A stretch of DNA of 64,000 bases, taken from the IMG/VR virus record IMGVR_UViG_3300033153_010326, positions 40,369 to 104,368 of that record. One strand, 5' to 3'. Within the stretch, counting starts at the first letter, position 1. Every line of letters begins with the position of its first letter. This document shows, in pieces, positions 58,201-64,000 of the stretch. Under the pieces are notes generated by a model. That model was not told where the DNA came from, made no database searches, and saw only the letters and a program-made list of their open reading frames with translations. The position numbers and the translations under genes were made by a program. The stretch comes from a virus.

Positions 58201-58956
58201 ATATTCTCTAGGTTTTTGATATTCTATTTCATTAGTCTTAGGATTTAATGTAGCTACTTTTTCAGTTTTATTTAAATCTTTAAAATATTTCCAACCTTGG
58301 TCAGTAAGAATTTCAGTATCTGGAGTATAGCAAGCATAAGTAAAAGTTAATAAATCAGATATTTTTTGCATTTTTTCTAAATCTGTTAAATTATCTCCTA
58401 TAGCATCTCCCATAGTATTAAAAATACCAGCTACAGCTCTAGCAGTATCTTTAGCATTATTCATAGTTCCTACCATAGCATTAATAACTGGTTCAAAAGC
58501 ATCTATAGCTTGTTGTGTAGATAAATTAGCAGTTCTTAAAAAATAAAAAGCTTCTGCCAAATCTTTAATAGGAATTCGAGTTTTTACAGCAACATCTAGA
58601 ATTTTTTGTTTAATTCTTGCCATATCGGTTTCTACTGTTTTAGAGGAAGCCGACACTACTGTTTTTATTCTGGCAAGACCTTCTTCTAAATCTAAATTGG
58701 CAATTATCATATCTCTAATAGTTGTTATAATTCCCATGAAAATTGACCTTAAAAGTAACCATACCGGTATAGTTAAAGCCGCTCTTAAAGCTAATTTCTG
58801 GAACTGTTGACCTAAACTTTTAGTTTTTTTGCCTAATTTATCACCTCCTTTGCCAGTTTTATCCGTTTCTGTCTGTATTTTTCTTAAACCCCTAACAACT
58901 AGTTTATCGCCTTGAATCGAAGCAAGAAAACTTATTAAATATTGTTTGTTATTCAT
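55219..58956 (-). CDS. Tail tape measure protein with intein
   Basis: Long helical protein, DLAEAFYFLRTANL, GGRTGR; position after tail tube and chaperones. Confidence 0.92.
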   Translation of the reverse strand: MNNKQYLISFLASIQGDKLVVRGLRKIQTETDKTGKGGDKLGKKTKSLGQQFQKLALRAALTIPVWLLLRSIFMGIITTIRDMIIANLDLEEGLARIKTVVSASSKTVETDMARIKQKILDVAVKTRIPIKDLAEAFYFLRTANLSTQQAIDAFEPVINAMVGTMNNAKDTARAVAGIFNTMGDAIGDNLTDLEKMQKISDLLTFTYACYTPDTEILTDQGWKYFKDLNKTEKVATLNPKTNEIEYQKPREYVVKWFDGKLCHLKGKFADIKVTPKHKLYTKVGYRPKNQNYVLAEAGKVFGRPKSFYRGSNWLGDNPEYFILPEIENKTGNRKAKKIPMKLWVQFLGWYLSEGCCTWIEGDDPTYKITIYQSKKSKYWDDLKLIMKKMPYTVSEFHRGFNIHNKQLCQYLKQFGKSYEKFIPNGIKNLSKDLLRAFLQTYAFGDSSFKKKGFVIITSSKKMRDDLQEIALKANYGTTYLTRPATSKKIKGIKTNTRENWMIGFSNRTEFLMYNKKNKYYAKLENRKTASVEEWVDYKGLVYCVEVPKYHTLFVRRNGKTLWCGNTQDVQLQELTESYTKFAPYVSGLSDDFTEIITTLGFLNTRLLRGGRTGRLTGRAILQLTKNSSKLADVFGITFDPNKPIKFLEIIEQISKQIKTQGAITAQQGQKIQDVFATRAGVAVRLLIDNFDELKRQVQRANEEAEGFAKRMKAIREETTRAQLGRLKNLLAIVAHEYLNNALAGMTLAQAIKGINDNLEASRDQFRQAGSEVGFYTANMRLLVQTIAKLRDNTSEANIVLGSMDEAMGKSVGFDIRTFGVAGAHISSGIRMFKIALDALIESTGISREEQQKKHEEFQRQINSDKRTLMNFTVKQKADVQATEVRRDTHKEIQQIIKHQVNLMKIVGASELEIAKFKEEALDLELGNLDIKEEILRVQKENNNLIEKELQSRRTIKDQILNAQITILKTLGASESDIIDMKKRELDLMREVIGEEQYRLQLKNLELQKVVAITKEKRKEWDAVTGLFGQYAKADELERGRIKRAIELTQLKPKQIAWKYRTNIFDREIIDDFFSHFNSQSKDAVNKTRNDIFKLGVDFPKPRLKLTVEEQMKFDANQFWNPWEKRGFEAIENLKEKFLELQKSVLELSQQELMTGISGKIKNIGRLQAEADIQMGMARETRDVKLYRRADVQAPKEIHNHIDMGDFQVYIKGEMTPERWDELFKQRSDQLKKDTLDHIKKNPKEL
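57262..58332 (-). mobile_element. Intein (357 aa) with LAGLIDADG endonuclease
   Basis: CYTPDTEILT start, VTPKH, FLGWYLSEG, VYCVEVP...VRRNGK...CGN before Thr. Confidence 0.95.
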
Positions 58957-58958
58957 AA

Positions 58959-59315
58959 TTATTTCCTTTTAGGTGTAAATATTATTTTAGGTATTCCTGG
59001 TGCTTGTATTCTTTGTTTTTTATTGCCTTTTTCTAATTTATCTTGTTTTTTATTTTTTACTTTATTTCTATATACTAAATAAGCATCAACTCTTATTGCA
59101 TCCTTTAATACTTCTTCATCAATAAATTCTTCTTCTCTAATTAAATCAGTATATAAAGAATGATAAATATTTAACCAATTTAAATATAAAACTTGAAGAT
59201 ATCCAAAATCCATTTCGTTTTTAAATAAACGAACTCCATTAATATCTTTTGACATACTAAGCAAACTCTGATGTTTTTCGGATTTTGCTAAATTTCTTAC
59301 AATATCAGAAATCAT
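58959..59315 (-). CDS. Putative tail assembly chaperone (second)
   Basis: Immediately upstream of tape measure. Confidence 0.5.
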   Translation of the reverse strand: MISDIVRNLAKSEKHQSLLSMSKDINGVRLFKNEMDFGYLQVLYLNWLNIYHSLYTDLIREEEFIDEEVLKDAIRVDAYLVYRNKVKNKKQDKLEKGNKKQRIQAPGIPKIIFTPKRK

Positions 59316-59950
59316 TATTGTACCCTATAAATTATATAATTTATATAGCTTAATGCTTTCGTTGTTATTTCATTATCAACCTTTTCAAATTCTTCATAAT
59401 TATTAAACTTTTTTACCCATTTATCTTCTACTAATTGTTCAAGCACTAAATAACAAGTATAAGCAGTAGCAAATATAGTAAGCTGGTCTTCTATAGAATA
59501 ACTTAACAAATCTGCCTTTTCTTCTGCTATATCATATAATCTATCTTTTAATGCTCTAATTTCCTTTTTTAATTTCTCTACGGTTTTTCTATCTTTTACT
59601 TGTGCTAATTCTATATATATTTTTTCTAAAGTATTTTTAGTAGTTATAAATTCTTTTTCCATCTTTTTTATATCTATACCTTTATCCTTATAAAGAGCTA
59701 TCCAATCTTTTTTAAATAAGAAAGTTTTATCTTTTATCATTTCTAAATATTTAATTCTACGAACTTTAAACATTTCTTTATTTTCTTCTGCATTAGGTTG
59801 TCTTATTCTATATTTATCCTTATCTACATCAAATTTTATCATATTATCTTTTACCATATCTTCAACTGCTGATTCTTGTTCTAATTCTTTTATAGCATTT
59901 AAAGCTAATTCTGCTTGTTCTTTTCTAGTCATTTCTTTTTTCTTTTCCAT
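59315..59950 (-). CDS. Putative tail assembly chaperone
   Basis: Between tail tube and tape measure; Y.IRQP..EE. Confidence 0.55.
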   Translation of the reverse strand: MEKKKEMTRKEQAELALNAIKELEQESAVEDMVKDNMIKFDVDKDKYRIRQPNAEENKEMFKVRRIKYLEMIKDKTFLFKKDWIALYKDKGIDIKKMEKEFITTKNTLEKIYIELAQVKDRKTVEKLKKEIRALKDRLYDIAEEKADLLSYSIEDQLTIFATAYTCYLVLEQLVEDKWVKKFNNYEEFEKVDNEITTKALSYINYIIYRVQ

Positions 59951-59985
59951 ACATCCTCCTTACGTTATAAATAAAAAAATCCCCA

Positions 59986-60216
59986 TTAAACAGATTTATT
60001 CTGCTTTTTGGGTACTATAAAATCTATTTTTCCAATATCTATAATATTTTTTAAGACACGAGACCATTCGTATATTAATTCTTTGCTAAGTTCTTTATAT
60101 AAGTTGGCAGTTAATACTTTATTTTTATCAAGAACTTCTATTCTCTTACAAAGCATTCCTACAAGTACTCTAGTTTGTTTATCTATAATATTATATAATA
60201 CCTTTTTGTCTTCCAT
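59986..60216 (-). CDS. Hypothetical protein
   Basis: 76 aa, GAGG RBS. Confidence 0.6.
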   Translation of the reverse strand: MEDKKVLYNIIDKQTRVLVGMLCKRIEVLDKNKVLTANLYKELSKELIYEWSRVLKNIIDIGKIDFIVPKKQNKSV

Positions 60217-60238
60217 ACCATTACCTCACAGTTTATTA

Positions 60239-60267
60239 TGGGGAGGAGTTTTAATAGCTCCTCCCCA
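60239..60267 (-). other. Hairpin 3' of major tail gene (terminator or mRNA stabiliser)
   Basis: TGGGGAGGAG/CTCCTCCCCA stem. Confidence 0.65.
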
Positions 60268-60280
60268 ATTAATTTTAAAA

Positions 60281-61552
60281 TTAAATTCCAAGTACGCTGG
60301 TATCAGCAGAAATCTTCAAAACCTCTCCTTCTAATGTATTTTCACGATTATGATATTCATTTACAGCAACACTAGGATTAACTTCTGTTGGTGATAGTCC
60401 TGTTGCTAAAAATCCATATTTAAAGTCCGTCTTAGTATTATCATCATAAATTTTAATTATAAGAGCAATTTCATCAGAAAATTGTTCTACATCTAATTTT
60501 CCAAAATCATCTACTGCTCCACTTAAAACTTCTTCTATAGTAAAATCATCAACTGTTCTACCTAAAGTTACCGTTACAGTCTTTTCTCTTGCTCCTCTAG
60601 CAACAACTTCTTTATTTCCTATTTCACGAATATCTTCTCTTTCAAAACTAACTTCTAAAGTAACACTCTGCAAACGATAAACATAATCAGTAGTGCTAGG
60701 TTTTCCAGATTCAGGAACATAAAGGTAAATACTTACATCTTCTCCAGTAAGTCCAGCAGGGTCTGTATCATTATCTGTAAACTGAGTAACAGGTGCTGTA
60801 CCAGAGGTATAATAAACTTTATATATATCTCCAATTTGTGCACCATTAATAGTAAGAGTAGTGGAAGAAGCGTTATATTCATATTCTCCACTAGAAGTTC
60901 CTTCGTCTAATTCCGTAGAAACTGTACTTCTAATCCTAACAACTCTCTGCATAAATTTATCAGCAGTATTAGGGTCTTCAACAGGTACTCTAGCACTTAA
61001 ATCTATTTCAAAGTCATCAGCAGTATCTAATTCTCCTGTTCCGACTTCCTCTCTAACCATAATAAAATACTTATTATTACCTTGCCAAATAACAGCTTTC
61101 TCTCCAACAAAATCAAAACTTCGTTCTATAAGAGCTTGAGGGTCTCCTATTGTTAAAGAAAATCCCGAAGTTCTTAAATCAGGATACCAAACTGTTCCCT
61201 TAAATACATCATCATCATCAGTTAAATAAGCAACTATATCAAAATAAGGAGTTTTAAAATCATCTAAATCTATTTCAGTTTGTCCATTACTTCCTAAAGT
61301 ATCAGTATTTACTAACTTCTGCCAAAACTCAATACTACCATATTCTAATTGAGTCAAAGCATATCCAACAGTAGGACTTCTTTTAATATATCCTACAGCA
61401 TCATCTCTTCCTATTTCATTAATTTTTTCCCTATTAAGAGCTATAGTAGGGTCAATACTTTGTGCTCTATCAATCTCAGCACCAAGACCTGTATCATCTC
61501 CTTTTATAGGAAATATTCTAGGTTTATATTTACTAGCATGTACTAAACTCAT
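60281..61552 (-). CDS. Major tail (tube) protein
   Basis: AQS...T....RE...EIG and RLQSV...V.FEREDI.EIG duplicated motifs; acidic; AGGAGG RBS. Confidence 0.72.
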   Translation of the reverse strand: MSLVHASKYKPRIFPIKGDDTGLGAEIDRAQSIDPTIALNREKINEIGRDDAVGYIKRSPTVGYALTQLEYGSIEFWQKLVNTDTLGSNGQTEIDLDDFKTPYFDIVAYLTDDDDVFKGTVWYPDLRTSGFSLTIGDPQALIERSFDFVGEKAVIWQGNNKYFIMVREEVGTGELDTADDFEIDLSARVPVEDPNTADKFMQRVVRIRSTVSTELDEGTSSGEYEYNASSTTLTINGAQIGDIYKVYYTSGTAPVTQFTDNDTDPAGLTGEDVSIYLYVPESGKPSTTDYVYRLQSVTLEVSFEREDIREIGNKEVVARGAREKTVTVTLGRTVDDFTIEEVLSGAVDDFGKLDVEQFSDEIALIIKIYDDNTKTDFKYGFLATGLSPTEVNPSVAVNEYHNRENTLEGEVLKISADTSVLGI

Positions 61553-61645
61553 TTTTTTGTCCTCCTTTGACAATTATCAGTTTTTATATTCCTTCTCCAT
61601 AAAGAATATAAACCATACTAATTCAAACTTATTTTTCTTACGTTT

Positions 61646-61930
61646 TTAGTCGTTTTTATGTCTCATTTCACAAATTGCATCTCGTTTAATTATTAATCTA
61701 TCTATACTTCCTAATCTTTTAAATATTTTCTTTAATTCACAATAAATTTTTTCAGTTCTTTTTTCGTCATTTTGTTTTAATTCTATAACATCAATAGCCA
61801 AATGTTTTAAATCATTGCCCTGAATTTTATCTGCAATTATTTTTCCTACTATAAAATTACAAGCACTCCATAGTAATGATAAAATTGCTATTAATAATGT
61901 CCAAAATATAGGATTTTTTAAAAATTCCAC
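61646..61930 (-). CDS. Membrane protein with coiled coil (holin-like)
   Basis: N-terminal TM helix, NDLKHL. Confidence 0.45.
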   Translation of the reverse strand: MEFLKNPIFWTLLIAILSLLWSACNFIVGKIIADKIQGNDLKHLAIDVIELKQNDEKRTEKIYCELKKIFKRLGSIDRLIIKRDAICEMRHKND

Positions 61931-61932
61931 AA

Positions 61933-62415
61933 TTAAGCCTCTACTTTCCCTGTTCTGCATGTAAGTGAAATCAAATGGCGGTATCTATCTGATGGGTCTA
62001 AAACATCTTTATCAAGGTCAAAATTTATAGGGTCATCGTCAATATTAGTTATACTAATTCTACCACTTAAAGTTTTAGATTTTATCTTTCTGTTTTCTAT
62101 TTCAAATATATAATAAGGACATCCTCCTTTTAATTCTGAAATAATATAATCTTTAAGGTCTAGTCTTTGTCCATCACCAGTAGCAAAAATATCTATTAAT
62201 ACCATAGGTTCTCTCCAAGTAGAAGGACTACCAACTTCAACTTTATTATGTAAAGTAGTACCACATCTTATAAGAACTACAGGTAAAGTTAATTTTCTTA
62301 CTTCATCCCATACAGCAGTAACTTCTACGTTGCTCCCATTTCCAGCCATTTTAGAAGTTAAAAAATCAATAACTGAAGCTTCAATGTTGCGAGTTTCACG
62401 ATATGTATTGGACAT
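61933..62415 (-). CDS. Tail terminator/completion protein
   Basis: LPVV, IDIFA...R; position before tail tube. Confidence 0.6.
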   Translation of the reverse strand: MSNTYRETRNIEASVIDFLTSKMAGNGSNVEVTAVWDEVRKLTLPVVLIRCGTTLHNKVEVGSPSTWREPMVLIDIFATGDGQRLDLKDYIISELKGGCPYYIFEIENRKIKSKTLSGRISITNIDDDPINFDLDKDVLDPSDRYRHLISLTCRTGKVEA

Positions 62416-62427
62416 TAAAAGTCTTCC

Positions 62428-62967
62428 TTATTTTATTTTTGTTAGCATTATTCTTATATCTCTAGTTAATTTATGTCGAGTAGCTTGGATATAATGCATT
62501 GGTCTTATTGCATTTTTAGGAAACATTCCCATACCCATATAATTAGTTTTACTAAATCCTTCTCTTCCTTTTCCAGCTTGAGAAGCTTTAGGTCTACCAT
62601 CTCCTCCTCGAAAATAACCTGGACAAAATTTTCCCCAATAAGGAATATATTTTATACCTCCAACAGTTTTACCATAATTAACAACATACCATTCTTTTGC
62701 TCTAGCATTTAATATTGAAAGGTCTCCAACTCCCCAAAATATTCTTCCTTTACTTCCTGCATCCATATAAAAATTAACGGAATTAGCTAAGTTTCCAGTT
62801 CCACCAGACCTTTTTCTCTTTTTATTAATATATTTTCGCATATAATTATGAGTGTTTTTTCCTAAAATCATCGCTTCTTTACTAAATCTCCCCCAATCTT
62901 TCCCAATCGTGGAATTAATGATTTCCCTTGTATGGAATCTAGGAGTGATTTTAATACTTTTTATCAT
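62428..62967 (-). CDS. Neck/tail-completion protein (HK97 gp10-like)
   Basis: TGNLANS, YVVNYG, RPMHYI. Confidence 0.65.
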   Translation of the reverse strand: MIKSIKITPRFHTREIINSTIGKDWGRFSKEAMILGKNTHNYMRKYINKKRKRSGGTGNLANSVNFYMDAGSKGRIFWGVGDLSILNARAKEWYVVNYGKTVGGIKYIPYWGKFCPGYFRGGDGRPKASQAGKGREGFSKTNYMGMGMFPKNAIRPMHYIQATRHKLTRDIRIMLTKIK

Positions 62968-62971
62968 GGTC

Positions 62972-63145
62972 TTATATTCCTTTTATAGTATTAGTACCAT
63001 ATTTCAACTTAAAATACGCTTTATTTGCACAATCTTCTTTATCACAAATAATATATTTTCTTATATGTCCAGCAGAGCATATATATCTAGTAGATTTTTC
63101 TTGACAGAATAGACATTTATATTTCTCAAAATAAAATTTACGCAT
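62972..63145 (-). CDS. Small zinc-finger protein
   Basis: CLFC...CDKEDC. Confidence 0.5.
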   Translation of the reverse strand: MRKFYFEKYKCLFCQEKSTRYICSAGHIRKYIICDKEDCANKAYFKLKYGTNTIKGI

Positions 63146-63501
63146 TACTGTTCTTTCTTTATGTAACAATATACTTTAATATAGTCCCCAACTCTACGAT
63201 ATTGTAATTTTCCTCCTACCTTCCATCCATTATATTTTTCTCCATCTATCACTATTTGATAAGACTGTAATAATAAACTTTCTCTTTTCTTTTCAATTAA
63301 AATCTCTTTTGCTTTAGAAGTTGATATTCCAGGCATTTTCCAGCTTATTTGGCTAAATATTAAATCAGTTACAATAGCTCTTATAGGTAATGGGTTTAAT
63401 TCAGTATGTGTTTTATTTTTATATATAGGGTCTTCTATAACTTCTTTAGATAATATTATACCAATTTTCTGTGATTGTTCATTAAAAAATTTATCCATCA
63501 T
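63145..63501 (-). CDS. Putative head closure protein
   Basis: beta-rich, I.IDGEKY; neck context. Confidence 0.55.
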   Translation of the reverse strand: MMDKFFNEQSQKIGIILSKEVIEDPIYKNKTHTELNPLPIRAIVTDLIFSQISWKMPGISTSKAKEILIEKKRESLLLQSYQIVIDGEKYNGWKVGGKLQYRRVGDYIKVYCYIKKEQ

Positions 63502-63600
63502 TGTCTTGTTCTTCCATAGAGACCTCGTATACATTTTCTTCATATAAAGTTATAAAAGTATCTCTTTGTGTAAGCACTTCTTCTATTTTTATTTTCATTA

Positions 63601-63963
63601 TTAGGCTCTCTTTGTTACAGAATCTATAAAAGTTATTCTTCCCATATATATTACTTCGCTATTTCCTTCATCATCAATATATTTAATATCATAATAATAA
63701 CTTCCACTTCTATTAGTATCATCTTGAGTTAAAACTATTTCAGTTTCACCAGCAACAGGATTAGAATGAGCTAAATCTGCTCCATCCATAGCACCTATAT
63801 CTTTTTTAATAACTGCATCATCATCAGAATCTTCCATATTTTCTTTAACAGTAAAATAAAATTCCCAATCGGAGATACCTTCTACACTTCCACTGTCTTT
63901 TACTGTTAATTCATAAGTTTTTTTAGTATTTCTTGCAATTTTTAAGTCTAACCACTTACTCAC
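63601..63963 (-). CDS. BppU N-terminal-like Ig-fold virion protein
   Basis: YFTVK...G...I.LT..DT...YYYDI. Confidence 0.6.
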   Translation of the reverse strand: MSKWLDLKIARNTKKTYELTVKDSGSVEGISDWEFYFTVKENMEDSDDDAVIKKDIGAMDGADLAHSNPVAGETEIVLTQDDTNRSGSYYYDIKYIDDEGNSEVIYMGRITFIDSVTKRA

Positions 63964-64000
63964 GAAAGTCCTCCTATACAGAATTAAATCTTTTTATTTT

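Larger units (their letters stand above)
1..64000. mobile_element. Segment of a large tailed bacteriophage genome (replication, modification and tail modules)
   Basis: Tape measure, tail tube and neck genes on the - strand; phage-type replication genes on the + strand; overlapping start/stop codons; no host housekeeping operons. Confidence 0.95.

Noticed and set aside
59290-59345. Programmed -1 frameshift between tail chaperones
   Set aside because: No XXXYYYZ slippery heptamer seen near the junction; the genes are coupled by TAATG
1-64000. CRISPR array, tRNA/rRNA genes, stop-codon reassignment, reverse transcriptase/DGR
   Set aside because: No regularly spaced repeats, RNA genes or RT motifs seen by eye; genes are intact under code 11 and use all three stop codons

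Overview
This window is an AT-rich, gene-dense 64-kb segment of a large tailed bacteriophage genome. A bacterial host is indicated by sigma70-type promoters, AGGAG ribosome-binding sites, bS21, RecA and RuvB. The + strand (1-47.5 kb) first carries recombination, replication and nucleotide genes: RuvB-like ATPase, tyrosine recombinase, 5'-3' exonuclease, primase-helicase, RuvC-like resolvase, RecA, intein-containing PolB, SbcCD and MazG. These are interspersed with many small hypothetical genes, homing endonucleases, ribosomal protein bS21 and a histone-fold protein. A ~15-kb enzyme cluster follows (32.8-47.5 kb): APS kinase, two sulfotransferases, several glycosyltransferases, two B12-radical SAM enzymes, methyltransferases, a pyruvyltransferase, a nitroreductase and an HxGH nucleotidyltransferase. 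The - strand (47.5-64 kb) carries a convergent neck/tail operon whose tape-measure protein contains an intein. The most notable observations are (i) a putative phage-encoded PAPS-dependent sulfation/glycosylation system; (ii) an 8-nt stop-containing gap in a deoxyribosyltransferase-like gene that looks like a ribosomal bypass, next to a LAGLIDADG domain inserted in-frame without intein motifs; (iii) a phage histone; (iv) a possible shortened capsid paralogue; and (v) a structured intergenic RNA. All product calls come from motif recognition by eye; no database searches were run.
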